A stretch of 44,832 bases of DNA. Origin: an uncultured Gammaproteobacteria bacterium (GTDB lineage: Bacteria; Patescibacteriota; Patescibacteriia; UBA1558; GWA2-36-10). The position numbers were made by a program, and so were the translations under genes. The stretch spans positions 1 through 44,832 of the forward strand of contig CAYZIE010000003.1 of the NCBI GenBank assembly GCA_964478385.1, in the 5' to 3' direction. The notes beneath the pieces were generated by a model. That model was given only the letters and a program-made list of their open reading frames with translations. It made no database searches and was not told where the DNA came from. This document shows positions 16,668-27,463 of the stretch, one piece after another. The stretch's first letter is position 1. Every line of letters begins with the position of its first letter.

Positions 16668-17681
16668 ATGGAGGTTTTAGTTCAAGATAATAATTATGAC
16701 GATTTTTTAAAAAACAGATTTTTATCTGGTTCTTTTTTACAAAGTAGCTATTGGAAGTATTTCCTTAAAAAACAAAATAAAAGATATTGGCAATTAGCGG
16801 TTGTAGACAATAATGAAATAATTGCTATTTGTTTAATTTATGAAAATAAACTACTCTTTGATAGAGGTTATATTTATTCTCCTAAAGGACCTATTTTTCT
16901 TTCAAGTTTAAGTGATCAACAAAAAAAAGAAGCATTAGAGTTAATATTATCAAAAGCAAGAGATATAACTATTAAAACAAAAAAGAAAGAAGAAATATTT
17001 TTTAGACTAGAGACAGAAGAAAATAAAAATATTTATGATTTTTTAATTAAAACAAATGATATTCAACCTAGAGATACTTTAGTTTTAGACTTAAAAAAAG
17101 ATATCAAAGAATTATTAGGTGAAATGCATCAGAAAACCAGATATAATATTGGCTTAGCTAATAGAAAGGGTGTTAAAATAACTTTTAGTAAAAAGAAAGA
17201 GGATATAAAACATTTTCTTGATGTTATAAAAAAGACAGCAGATAAAAAAGAAATATCTATTCATTCAGATGAATACTATAAATTACTTTATTATACATTA
17301 ATTGAAAAAAGTATTGGACAACTATGTTTAGCAAGTATTGATAATAAGGTTGTTGCTGCAAATTTAATAATTAACTTTGGCAATACAGTAACATACTTAC
17401 ATGGTGGTACGGACTATAGTTTTAGAAAACACATGGCTCCATACTTATTACAATGGGAAACAATAAAACAAGCAAAAGAAAATGGTTTTTCTTTCTATGA
17501 TTTCTGGGGCATAGCTCCTGAAGATGGTTCTAAAACAAAATGGAAGGGTATAACTAGATTTAAAAAAGGTTTTGGTGGTAACATTATCACTAGTCCAGGT
17601 ACATATGATATGGTATATGATAAACAAATGTATTTTATATATAATTTACTTAAAAAAATTAAGAGAATAATAAAAAAATGA
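16668..17681 (+). CDS. FemAB-family peptidoglycan interpeptide-bridge aminoacyltransferase-like protein
   Basis: 337 aa; FemAB-like length and motifs (TYLHGGT, RFKKGFGG); adjacent to murE. Confidence 0.75.
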   Translation: MEVLVQDNNYDDFLKNRFLSGSFLQSSYWKYFLKKQNKRYWQLAVVDNNEIIAICLIYENKLLFDRGYIYSPKGPIFLSSLSDQQKKEALELILSKARDITIKTKKKEEIFFRLETEENKNIYDFLIKTNDIQPRDTLVLDLKKDIKELLGEMHQKTRYNIGLANRKGVKITFSKKKEDIKHFLDVIKKTADKKEISIHSDEYYKLLYYTLIEKSIGQLCLASIDNKVVAANLIINFGNTVTYLHGGTDYSFRKHMAPYLLQWETIKQAKENGFSFYDFWGIAPEDGSKTKWKGITRFKKGFGGNIITSPGTYDMVYDKQMYFIYNLLKKIKRIIKK

Positions 17682-18403
17682 TTAAAAAAGTATTAATTTC
17701 TGCAGCTGGTAGAGGTAGTAGAATGTTAGACCTAGCTAAAGATAAACCAAAGCATTTAATTAAGGTGAATGGAAAACCTTTTTTATATTATTTATTAAAC
17801 AATTTAAAAAAAGCTGGTTTTGAAGAAATAATAATGGTTGTTGGGTACAAAAAAGAGTTTATGGATAAGTTTTTAGAAGAGTACGGTAAAGAGTTTAATG
17901 TAACCCTAGTTAATCAGTTTGATGCCTTAGGAGAAGATAGGTATGGTACAGCATGTCCATTAGAATGTACTAAAAACCTTTTAAAAAATGAAAGTTTTCT
18001 AGCCGTTTATGGAGATAATCTATACTCAGTAGAAGATTTAAAAAGGTTTAATATTGATGATGATTATTGTTATATAGCAGGATTACCACATGATGAACCA
18101 CAAAACTACGGGGTGTTACACGTAGATGATGACGGTTTTTTAAGAGGTATAGTAGAGAAACCAAAAGAGTATGTTGGTAATTTAATTAATACTGGTTTAT
18201 ATAAGTTTACCCCAGATGTTTTTAAATATTTAGATCAAATTGATTTATCACCAAGAGGAGAATATGAATTAACAGATGTAGTTGATATACTAGCAAAAAA
18301 AGGAAAAATGAAAGCAAAAGACTTAAAAGGTATATGGTTAGATTTTGGTAAACCACAAGATGTTGCTAAAGTAGAAGAATATTTAAACAGTGAAAATGAT
18401 TAA
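17678..18403 (+). CDS. sugar-phosphate nucleotidyltransferase (NTP_transferase family)
   Basis: 241 aa; N-terminal SAAGRGSRM loop; ATGA overlap with the upstream gene. Confidence 0.8.
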   Translation: MIKKVLISAAGRGSRMLDLAKDKPKHLIKVNGKPFLYYLLNNLKKAGFEEIIMVVGYKKEFMDKFLEEYGKEFNVTLVNQFDALGEDRYGTACPLECTKNLLKNESFLAVYGDNLYSVEDLKRFNIDDDYCYIAGLPHDEPQNYGVLHVDDDGFLRGIVEKPKEYVGNLINTGLYKFTPDVFKYLDQIDLSPRGEYELTDVVDILAKKGKMKAKDLKGIWLDFGKPQDVAKVEEYLNSEND

Positions 18404-19700
18404 AAAAATAGTAAAAAAAATAATACCAAAAAGATTAATTCTATTTTATCATTGGTTTTTATCAAAAATAGCCTCTTTGTATTATAATAATCCCAGTAAT
18501 AAAATTATAGTAATAGGTGTAACAGGAACAAATGGTAAAACAACAACTGTAAATATAACCTCTCAATTACTAGAATGTTTAGGGAGTAAAACAGGACTAG
18601 CCTCTACTGTTAATTTTAAGGTTGGTGATAAAAAATGGTTAAATGATAAGAAGATGACTATGCTTGGTAGATTCCAAACACAAAAACTACTTAAACAAAT
18701 GGTAGATAATAAATGTAAGTATGCAATTATAGAAACATCTTCTCAAGGAATAGAACAATATAGACATAGTGGTATAAACTATGACGTGGTTGTTTTTACA
18801 AACCTAACACCAGAACATATAGAGGCTCACGGTGGGTTTGAAAATTATAGAGCTGCTAAAGAAAAATTATTTGAACACTTGAGTAAAAGCAAAAAGAAAA
18901 AAATAGATAATAAAAAAATAAATAAGATTATTATAAGTAATGCAGACGATAAAGAAACAGAAAGATTAAAAGAATATAAAACAGATAAATTTATAACATA
19001 TAGTTTTAATAGTAATTCGGAACATAAAGGAGATAATTTAAAACTAGAAAATGGTTTAGTTTCTTTTTCTTTAAATAATCATAATATAAAAACAAAGTTT
19101 TTAGGAGAATTTAACGGGTATAATATATTAGCAAGCATATCAACAGTACTTTCTTTAGGTTTTGACATTAATAATATTATTAAATGCGAATTAAAAGGAA
19201 TTCCTGGTAGACAAGAGTTTATAACACAAGGACAAAACTTTAATATTTTAATAGACTATGCTCCAGAATCGGAAAGTTTAAAACAATTATATAAAGCGTT
19301 AAAAAACCTACCTAAGAATAAACTAATACATGTTTTAGGATCTTGTGGCGGGGGAAGAGATAGAGATAGACAACCAATATTAGGTAAATTAGCTGGTAAA
19401 ACAGCTGATATTATTATCATAACCAATGAAGATCCATATGATGATAATCCTATGGATATTATAAACAACATAGCTAATGGAGCAGAAAGTGTTAATAAAA
19501 AACTAGATAAAAACTTATTTAAAATAGAAGACAGAAGAAAAGCTATAAAAAAAGCACTAAAGATAGCTAAAAAAGATGATTTAGTGTTAATAACAGGAAA
19601 AGGATCAGAACAGTTTATTTGTGTTGCTAATGATAAAAAAATAGAATGGGATGATAGAAAAGTAGTAAAAGAAGAGTTAAAATCGTTAAAAAACCAATAA
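18396..19700 (+). CDS. murE: Mur ligase, MurE-type UDP-MurNAc-L-Ala-D-Glu:diamino-acid ligase
   Basis: P-loop GVTGTNGKTTT. ATG 18396 preferred over GTG 18390. Overlaps the upstream stop. Confidence 0.82.
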   Translation: MIKKIVKKIIPKRLILFYHWFLSKIASLYYNNPSNKIIVIGVTGTNGKTTTVNITSQLLECLGSKTGLASTVNFKVGDKKWLNDKKMTMLGRFQTQKLLKQMVDNKCKYAIIETSSQGIEQYRHSGINYDVVVFTNLTPEHIEAHGGFENYRAAKEKLFEHLSKSKKKKIDNKKINKIIISNADDKETERLKEYKTDKFITYSFNSNSEHKGDNLKLENGLVSFSLNNHNIKTKFLGEFNGYNILASISTVLSLGFDINNIIKCELKGIPGRQEFITQGQNFNILIDYAPESESLKQLYKALKNLPKNKLIHVLGSCGGGRDRDRQPILGKLAGKTADIIIITNEDPYDDNPMDIINNIANGAESVNKKLDKNLFKIEDRRKAIKKALKIAKKDDLVLITGKGSEQFICVANDKKIEWDDRKVVKEELKSLKNQ

Positions 19701-19871
19701 TTGTGGATAACCTGTAGGTAAACATTAATAAATGTGTATATTTTTTGCTAAAACAAGATAAAATAACTAAATAATTTGACAATTGATTTAAAATATACAT
19801 AAGATATTTTATCTAATATTAGCTAAAATAAATAGAATATTATTACTTTTCACCATATAAAACACAAACAC

Positions 19872-19900
19872 TTGACAAAGGTATTTTTTTTTGGTAGCAT
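19872..19900 (+). promoter_or_regulatory. promoter TTGACA-17-(TGg)TAGCAT in the rpoB leader
   Basis: TTGACA 19872..19877; TGGTAGCAT 19892..19900 (extended -10). Confidence 0.45.
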
Positions 19901-20053
19901 TTAGCTATGAAATTTTCTAAGACTATACTATTTTAGTCTAAAAATAAATCTAACAACTGACCTATAAAGGGGTGAGTTTGTTTTTTGTGCATTTATAAAT
20001 AAATTATATAAAACAGCATTAAAAGCTGTGCTAATTAACTTAGTAAATAATAT

Positions 20054-23000
20054 ATGCCCCAAGCAAAAATACAATCTCGTAAACTTTTTACATCATTACG
20101 AGAAGCTGTTAAACTTCCCGACTTAATAGAAGTACAAAAGAAATCTTACGATTGGTTTCTTGAAAAAGGTTTAAAAGAACTTTTTGAAGAAGTTTCCCCT
20201 ATTAAAGATTTTATAGGAAGAGATCTAGAACTTTCTTTTTTAGACTATTATTTAGATGATCCTAAATTTGATGAAGTAGAGTCAAAAGCTAAAAATATTA
20301 CTTATGAAGCTCCTTTAAGAGTTAATATTCGTTTGAACAATAAAAGAACAAATGAAGTTAAAGAACAAGAGATATACTTAGGTGATTTTCCTTTAATGAC
20401 AGAAAGAGGTACGTTTATAATAAACGGAGTTGAAAGAGTTATTGTTTCACAACTTATAAGAAGTGCAGGAGTTTTCTTTTCTTCAGAAGTTCTTAAAGGT
20501 AGAAAATGTTATGGTGCTAAAGTTATTCCAAATAGGGGTGCTTGGTTAGAGATAGAAACAGATGGCAATAATATTATATATGTAAAGATTGATAGAAAAA
20601 GAAAAGTGCCAGTAACAGCACTATTAAGAGCTTTTGGTTATGATAGTGATGAAGAAATAATAAATTTATTTAAAGAAGTAGATAATCATCCAGAAGTAAG
20701 TTTTATTAAAACAACATTAGAAAAAGATATTTCTAGTAATGAAGCAGAAGGTTTAAAAGAAGTATATAAACGTATTAGACCTGGTGATTTAGCTACAACA
20801 GAAAATGCTAAGAGTTTAATACATTCTATGTTTTTTGATTTTGATCGTTATGATTTTGGTCGTGTTGGTAGATATAAGATAAACGCTCGTTTTTCTTTAG
20901 ATCTTCCTAATAATAAAGAAACAAGAACACTAAGAAGAGAAGATTTAATTTTAGTAATTAATGAAATAATAAAACTTAACTTATCCCAAGAAGATGCTGA
21001 TGATATTGATCATTTGGGTAATCGTAGGGTAAGAGCTATTGGTGAACTTGTTCAAAACAGATTTAGAATAGGTTTAGCTAGAATGGAAAGAATAATCAAA
21101 GACAGAATGAGTACTCTTGATATGGTTAATTTAACACCAAATCAACTTATAAACGCTAGACCAGTAGTTGGTGTTATTAAAGAGTTTTTTATGAGCTCTC
21201 AATTATCTCAATTCATGGATCAAGTTAATCCATTAGCAGAGCTAGAGCATAAAAGACGTTTATCTGCTATGGGGCCAGGTGGTTTATCAAGAGAAAGAGC
21301 TGGTTTTGAGGTGAGAGATGTGCATAGAACTCATTATGGAAGAATTTGTCCAATTGCTACACCAGAAGGACCTAATATTGGTTTAGTTGGTCAGTTAGCA
21401 TCTCATGCTAGGGTAAATGATTTCGGATTCATAGAAACACCTTTTAGAAAAGTACTACATGATATAGATAATAGTGTTAAAATAACAACAGGTAAAATAG
21501 CAAGGGAAGACACAAAAGATCCTAAAACAAAAAAGACTATAATTTCAAAAGGAGAGACAATTAATGTTACTAAGGCTAAAGAAATAGCTAAAACAGATTT
21601 AGAAACTATAGCTATTAAACCAATTGTAACTAATGAAATAGTATACTTAGACGCTTTTGAAGAAGAAAAGTATAATACAGCAGCAGCAACAACACTAATT
21701 GATGACGATGGATATTTTGAAGAAGAATATACAGATGTAAGATTTAATGGACAACCTAGTTATGAAAAAGTTGAAAAAATAGATTTAATGGATGTTGCTC
21801 CTAATCAAATTATTAGTGTTGCTACATCTTTAATACCATTTTTAGAGCACGATGATGCAGTACGTGCATTAATGGGAACAAACATGCAAAGACAAGCTGT
21901 TTCAGTTATTAAACCACAAGCTCCTATTATAGGAACAGGTGTTGAATCTAGAGCAGCTGCTGATTCTGGTCAAGTTGTTTTAGCTAAAGAAGATGGTGTT
22001 GTATCTAAGGTAGATAGTAATACAATTGAAATTACAGGTAATAAAGGTAGTGTAACAACATATAGATTAAATAAATTTACTCGTTCTAATACTTCTACTA
22101 GTATGAACCAACACCCTATTGTTGATAAAAATGATAAGGTTAAAAAGGGTCAGGTTGTAGCAGATGGTGCTGCTACAGATCATGGAGAATTAGCATTGGG
22201 TCAAAACATGCTTGTAGCATATATGACTTGGTCTGGTGGTAACTATGAAGATGCTATTCTAATTTCAGAAAGAGTTGTTAGAGATGATAATTATACCTCT
22301 ATAAGCATAGAAGATTATTCAATAGACATTAGAGACACTAAACTTGGTCCAGAAGAAATAACCAGAGATATTCCAAATGTAAGTGAAGAAAAATTAAAAG
22401 ATTTAGACAGAGAAGGTATTATTAGGATTGGCGCCAATGTTTCTTCTGGTGATATATTAGTTGGTAAAATAACACCAAAAGGAGAAACAGAGCTTTCTGC
22501 AGAAGAAAAACTATTAAGAGCTATATTTGGTGAAAAAGCTAAAGATGTTAGAGATACTTCTTTATACTTAAAACATGGTGAAAGAGGTAAGGTTATAGAC
22601 ATAAAAGTTTTTTCTAGAGAAAAAGGTGATAAATTACCAGCTGGAGTTATAAAAACAATACAAGTTACAGTAGCTCAACTTAGAAGAATACAAGTTGGTG
22701 ATAAAATGGCTGGTAGACACGGTAACAAAGGTGTTATATCTCGTGTTGTACCAGACTCTGATATGCCATTCTTAGAAGATGGTACCCCTGTTGATATAGT
22801 TTTAAATCCACTTGGTGTTATATCACGTATGAACCTAGGTCAATTATTAGAAGTTCATTTAGGTTTAGCAGCTAATAAACTAGGATACAAAGTAGCAGTA
22901 CCAGCATTAAATGGAGTAGAAGAAAAAAAGATAAAAGAAGAATTGAAAAAAGCTGGTTATCCAGAAGATGGAAAACTTCAATTATATGATGGAAGAACAG

Positions 23001-23452
23001 GAAAGCCATTTGATAGTAAAACAACTGTTGGATATTCATATATTTTGAAATTGAATCATTTAGTGGAAGAAAAAATACACCAAAGATCTATCGGTCCTTA
23101 TTCTTTAGTAACCCAACAGCCATTAGGTGGTAAAGCTCAATTTGGTGGTCAAAGATTTGGAGAGATGGAAGTTTGGGCTTTAGAAGCATATGGAGCTGCT
23201 AGTACACTACAAGAAATGATTACTATTAAGTCAGATGATGTTCCTGGAAGATCTAAAGCTTATGAATCAATTATTAAAGGAGAACCTATAAAAAGATTAA
23301 ATATTCCAGAATCATTTAATGTATTAACAAGAGAATTAAAAGGTCTTGGATTAGATGTGGAACTAATTGGCGAAAGAGAAAGGGTTGTTGAGGAAGAAGA
23401 TAAGGTTAATATTGTAGAAAAAAAAGCACCAATTAAAAAAGAAAGTAAATAA
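20054..23452 (+). CDS. rpoB: DNA-directed RNA polymerase subunit beta
   Basis: 1132 aa with conserved beta-subunit blocks throughout. Confidence 0.98.
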   Translation: MPQAKIQSRKLFTSLREAVKLPDLIEVQKKSYDWFLEKGLKELFEEVSPIKDFIGRDLELSFLDYYLDDPKFDEVESKAKNITYEAPLRVNIRLNNKRTNEVKEQEIYLGDFPLMTERGTFIINGVERVIVSQLIRSAGVFFSSEVLKGRKCYGAKVIPNRGAWLEIETDGNNIIYVKIDRKRKVPVTALLRAFGYDSDEEIINLFKEVDNHPEVSFIKTTLEKDISSNEAEGLKEVYKRIRPGDLATTENAKSLIHSMFFDFDRYDFGRVGRYKINARFSLDLPNNKETRTLRREDLILVINEIIKLNLSQEDADDIDHLGNRRVRAIGELVQNRFRIGLARMERIIKDRMSTLDMVNLTPNQLINARPVVGVIKEFFMSSQLSQFMDQVNPLAELEHKRRLSAMGPGGLSRERAGFEVRDVHRTHYGRICPIATPEGPNIGLVGQLASHARVNDFGFIETPFRKVLHDIDNSVKITTGKIAREDTKDPKTKKTIISKGETINVTKAKEIAKTDLETIAIKPIVTNEIVYLDAFEEEKYNTAAATTLIDDDGYFEEEYTDVRFNGQPSYEKVEKIDLMDVAPNQIISVATSLIPFLEHDDAVRALMGTNMQRQAVSVIKPQAPIIGTGVESRAAADSGQVVLAKEDGVVSKVDSNTIEITGNKGSVTTYRLNKFTRSNTSTSMNQHPIVDKNDKVKKGQVVADGAATDHGELALGQNMLVAYMTWSGGNYEDAILISERVVRDDNYTSISIEDYSIDIRDTKLGPEEITRDIPNVSEEKLKDLDREGIIRIGANVSSGDILVGKITPKGETELSAEEKLLRAIFGEKAKDVRDTSLYLKHGERGKVIDIKVFSREKGDKLPAGVIKTIQVTVAQLRRIQVGDKMAGRHGNKGVISRVVPDSDMPFLEDGTPVDIVLNPLGVISRMNLGQLLEVHLGLAANKLGYKVAVPALNGVEEKKIKEELKKAGYPEDGKLQLYDGRTGKPFDSKTTVGYSYILKLNHLVEEKIHQRSIGPYSLVTQQPLGGKAQFGGQRFGEMEVWALEAYGAASTLQEMITIKSDDVPGRSKAYESIIKGEPIKRLNIPESFNVLTRELKGLGLDVELIGERERVVEEEDKVNIVEKKAPIKKESK

Positions 23453-23466
23453 ATATATATAAATAT

Positions 23467-26400
23467 ATGCCTACACCATCATCAACAAAAACAACATTTA
23501 TGGCAAGAGAAAAGGGAACTGTATTAGAGTTTGATGCCATAAAATTAAAACTAGCTTCACCAGAAGATATACATGAATGGTCTTTTGGAGAAGTATTAAA
23601 ACCAGAGACAATTAATTATCGTACACAAAAACCAGAAAAAGATGGATTGTTTTGTGAAAAGATATTTGGCCCAACCAAAGACTGGGAATGTTATTGTGGT
23701 AAATACAAAAGAATAAGACACAAGGGTGTTACTTGTGATAAATGTGGAGTAGAAGTAACCAGGGCAATAGTAAGACGTGAACGTATGGGGCACATAGATT
23801 TAGCTGTCCCAGTTTCTCATATTTGGTTTTTAAGAGGTGTTCCATCTAAAATAGGTTTAATATTAGATTTAAGTATTCAATCTTTAGAAAAAGTTATATA
23901 CTTCGCTTCTTTTATTATAACAAAAGTTAATGAAGATGAACGTAAATCAACTATAGATCAAATTAAAACAGAATTAAATAGTAAAAGAAAACAAATTGAT
24001 AATGAATTTAAACAAAGAACAAAAGAAAAAAATGATAAGAAAGTAAAGTTAATAGCAAAAGGAGAAAATAAAGAAAAAGTTAGTAAAGAAATTGAACAAG
24101 AGTTAATTAATTTGAATGTTGCTAAAATAGATAAGATAAAAACCTTAGAAGAGGCAGCAGATACAGCACTTAAAGAACTAAAGGATCTTAAGGTATTACA
24201 AATTATTTCTGAAACAAAATATCAAGAACTAGCATTACGTTATGGACATGTTTTTGAAGCTAGTATTGGTGCAGAAGCTATAAGAGATCTTCTCAAGAAA
24301 GTAAACTTAAAAGATGTATATAATAATCTAGAAAAAGAAATAGAAATATCAATTGTTTCTAAAAAGAAAAAACTAATTAAAAGATCAAGATTAATTAAAA
24401 GTCTTTTAACTAACAATATTAAACCTGAATGGATGGTATTAACAGCTATTCCTGTAATGCCACCAGATTTAAGACCAATGGTACAATTAGACGGAGGACG
24501 TTTTGCATCTTCTGATTTAAATGATCTATACAGAAGGGTTATAAACCGTAATAATCGTTTAAAAAGATTAAAATCTTTAAATGCTCCCGAAGTTATTCAA
24601 CGTAATGAAAAAAGAATGCTACAAGAAGCAGTTGATGCTTTAATAGATAATAATGCTCGTCATGGTAAAACAGTAACAGCTTCCACAGGTCAAAAAAGAA
24701 CATTGAAGAGTATAGCTGATATGTTAAAAGGTAAACAAGGTCGTTTTCGTCAAAACCTTTTAGGTAAACGTGTTGATTATTCAGGTAGATCAGTTATTGT
24801 TGTTGGTCCTCATTTAAAAATATCTCAATGTGGATTACCAAAAACAATGGCATTAGAATTATTTCGTCCTTTTGTTATATCTCAATTAATAAAACAAGAA
24901 TTAGTACATAATGTAAGAAGCGCTAATAGATATATTGAATCTGGTCAAGCAGAAGTATGGACTATTTTAGAAGATATTATTAAAGATTCACATGTAATGT
25001 TGAATCGTGCTCCAACATTACATCGTTTAGGTATTCAATCTTTTCAACCTGTATTAATAGAAGGTAAGGCAATACAATTACATCCATTAGTTTGTTCTGC
25101 TTTTAACGCTGATTTTGACGGTGATCAAATGGCTGTTCATGTACCAATAACAGAAGAAGCAAAAGAAGAAGCAAGTACATTGATGTTATCTGCTAATAAC
25201 CTATTAAAACCAGCCACTGGTGATCCTGTTGCAACACCTAACCAAGATATTGTTTGGGGTTGCTATTACTTAACATATATAAAAGATGATGCTAAAGTTG
25301 TAAAGATTTTTAGCGATGAAGAAGAAGCAGAAAGAGCATTTTCTTTAGAATTAATAGACTTACAAGATTTAATAAAAGTAAGAATAGCTAGAGAAGATAA
25401 TAAGATTATAGAAACATCTATTGGTCGTATTTTGTTTAATAAAATACTTCCAAAGAAAATGTCATATATTAATAAAGTATTAAATAAAAAAGAACAAAAG
25501 AAAATAGTAGCAGAAACATTTAGGCGTTTTTCATACAAAGACACAGTTGAATTATTAGATAATATGAAAGGTATTGCTTTTAAATATATCACTCTTTCTG
25601 GTTTATCTTGGGGTATGAATGATATTCCTAAATTAAAAACAAAAAAAGAACTTATAAAAGAAGGTGAAAAATTAGTAGAAGAGATTAAAGAACAATACAA
25701 CAATGGTTTGTTAACAAACAAGGAAAGACATGTAAAAATTATTGAAGTTTGGTCAGGAATTAAAAATCGTATTACAGAACAAAGTCAAAAGACATTTGAT
25801 CCTACTAACTCAGTGGCTAGTATAATTGATTCTGGTGCTAGAGGATCATGGTCTCAGATGATTCAAATCATGGGAGTTAAGGGTTTGGTTGTTAGTCCTT
25901 CTGGTGATATTATAGAATTACCAGTAAAAGCTAATTTTCAAGAAGGTCTTGATGTTTTAGAATATTTTATATCAACCCATGGTACACGTAAAGGACTTTC
26001 AGATACTGCTTTGCGTACAGCTAGTGCTGGTTATTTAACCAGAAGATTAGTTGATGTGTCTCAAGATCAAGTAGTTTTAGAAAAAGATTGTAAGGATAAA
26101 GAAGGTTTAATTATAACAAAAGAAGAAAGTAAAGAAATTAATGAAGTATTATTAGAAAGAGCAATTGGAAGAGTTTTATTAGAAGACATAAAAGATCCAA
26201 AAACAAAAAAGGTTTTAATTAAAAAAGGAACACTTGTTAGTAAAGAAGATGTTGAAAAGGTTGGCGATATTAATCTTGAATATATTAAAATAAGATCATT
26301 ATTAACATGTAAATCTTCTCGTGGTGTATGTCAAAAATGTTATGGTTATGATTTAGGATATAATAAACCAGTTGAATTAGGTACAGCAGTAGGTGTAGTA

Positions 26401-27348
26401 GCAGCGCAAAGTATCGGTGAGCCAGGTACTCAACTTACAATGAGAACATTTCACACCGGTGGTGTTGCTGAAGGAGATATTACTCAAGGTTTGCCAAGAG
26501 TAGAAGAACTTTTTGAAGCAAGGATACCTAAGAAAAAAGCAATTCTTGTACCTATTTCAGGTATAATAGAATTTGATGATGAAAATAAACTAATATCTAA
26601 AGAACAAAGGATTATAAAAATAATCCCACAAGAAGCAAGAATTGAAACATATGAAATAGATGATAAAACAGATATTAAAGTTAAAGATGGAGAAGAGGTT
26701 AAAAAAGAACAAACAATATTTATTGTAAATAAAAAATCTACCAGAACTAATTTAAATGGTCTTGTTAAGATAAAGGGCAAAGAACTTAAAGTTATAAGTA
26801 ATCAAAGTGATCCAGTAGAAGTTATTATACCAGCAGGGTATAATTTATGGGTTAAAAACAAAGATATAGTGTCTGAAGGACAAGAAATAACTGAAGGTAG
26901 TGTTGATTTACATGAATTATATTCTTTGAAAGAAAAGTTAAATGTTCAAAAATATATTATAAAAGAAATTAAACATATTTATTCTTCTCAAGGACAAAAC
27001 TTAAATGATAAACATGTAGAATTGATAGCAAGGCAGATGTTTTCTAAAATACTTATCACAAATGTTGGAAGTACTAGTTTGTTACCAGGAGAAATTGTAA
27101 CATCTGCTCATTTTAATGAATCTAATAAAAAAGCAAAGGGAGACATAGCAAAAGGAGATATATTATTACTAGGAATAACTAAAGCAGCTTTAACATCGGA
27201 TTCTGTATTATCAGCAGCTTCATTCCAGGAAACAGCTAGAGTATTAATAGATGCTGCTATAACAGGTAAGGTAGATCATTTAAGAGGACTTAAAGAAAAT
27301 GTTATTATAGGTAGAAAAATACCTGCAGGTACTGGTTTTAAGAAGTAA
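23467..27348 (+). CDS. rpoC: DNA-directed RNA polymerase subunit beta'
   Basis: 1293 aa; NADFDGDQM catalytic motif; N-terminal zinc-binding Cys cluster. Confidence 0.98.
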   Translation: MPTPSSTKTTFMAREKGTVLEFDAIKLKLASPEDIHEWSFGEVLKPETINYRTQKPEKDGLFCEKIFGPTKDWECYCGKYKRIRHKGVTCDKCGVEVTRAIVRRERMGHIDLAVPVSHIWFLRGVPSKIGLILDLSIQSLEKVIYFASFIITKVNEDERKSTIDQIKTELNSKRKQIDNEFKQRTKEKNDKKVKLIAKGENKEKVSKEIEQELINLNVAKIDKIKTLEEAADTALKELKDLKVLQIISETKYQELALRYGHVFEASIGAEAIRDLLKKVNLKDVYNNLEKEIEISIVSKKKKLIKRSRLIKSLLTNNIKPEWMVLTAIPVMPPDLRPMVQLDGGRFASSDLNDLYRRVINRNNRLKRLKSLNAPEVIQRNEKRMLQEAVDALIDNNARHGKTVTASTGQKRTLKSIADMLKGKQGRFRQNLLGKRVDYSGRSVIVVGPHLKISQCGLPKTMALELFRPFVISQLIKQELVHNVRSANRYIESGQAEVWTILEDIIKDSHVMLNRAPTLHRLGIQSFQPVLIEGKAIQLHPLVCSAFNADFDGDQMAVHVPITEEAKEEASTLMLSANNLLKPATGDPVATPNQDIVWGCYYLTYIKDDAKVVKIFSDEEEAERAFSLELIDLQDLIKVRIAREDNKIIETSIGRILFNKILPKKMSYINKVLNKKEQKKIVAETFRRFSYKDTVELLDNMKGIAFKYITLSGLSWGMNDIPKLKTKKELIKEGEKLVEEIKEQYNNGLLTNKERHVKIIEVWSGIKNRITEQSQKTFDPTNSVASIIDSGARGSWSQMIQIMGVKGLVVSPSGDIIELPVKANFQEGLDVLEYFISTHGTRKGLSDTALRTASAGYLTRRLVDVSQDQVVLEKDCKDKEGLIITKEESKEINEVLLERAIGRVLLEDIKDPKTKKVLIKKGTLVSKEDVEKVGDINLEYIKIRSLLTCKSSRGVCQKCYGYDLGYNKPVELGTAVGVVAAQSIGEPGTQLTMRTFHTGGVAEGDITQGLPRVEELFEARIPKKKAILVPISGIIEFDDENKLISKEQRIIKIIPQEARIETYEIDDKTDIKVKDGEEVKKEQTIFIVNKKSTRTNLNGLVKIKGKELKVISNQSDPVEVIIPAGYNLWVKNKDIVSEGQEITEGSVDLHELYSLKEKLNVQKYIIKEIKHIYSSQGQNLNDKHVELIARQMFSKILITNVGSTSLLPGEIVTSAHFNESNKKAKGDIAKGDILLLGITKAALTSDSVLSAASFQETARVLIDAAITGKVDHLRGLKENVIIGRKIPAGTGFKK

Positions 27349-27371
27349 ATATAAATATTATAAACAAAAGG

Positions 27372-27399
27372 CAACCCATTAAACAAAGGGTTGTTTTTT
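27372..27399 (+). terminator. rho-independent terminator after rpoC
   Basis: CAACCC-loop-GGGTTG followed by T6. Confidence 0.75.
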
Positions 27400-27463
27400 G
27401 CTTTATTTTTATCAATAAACATGGTAAAATACATAATACATAGCAGCAATAATTAAGTGTAAT

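Noticed and set aside
19702-19710. Perfect DnaA box TGTGGATAA after murE, as a possible oriC marker
   Set aside because: From base composition I estimate about 4 chance TTATNCACA matches in a window of this size. It is a single box with only one weak neighbour and far from dnaA.
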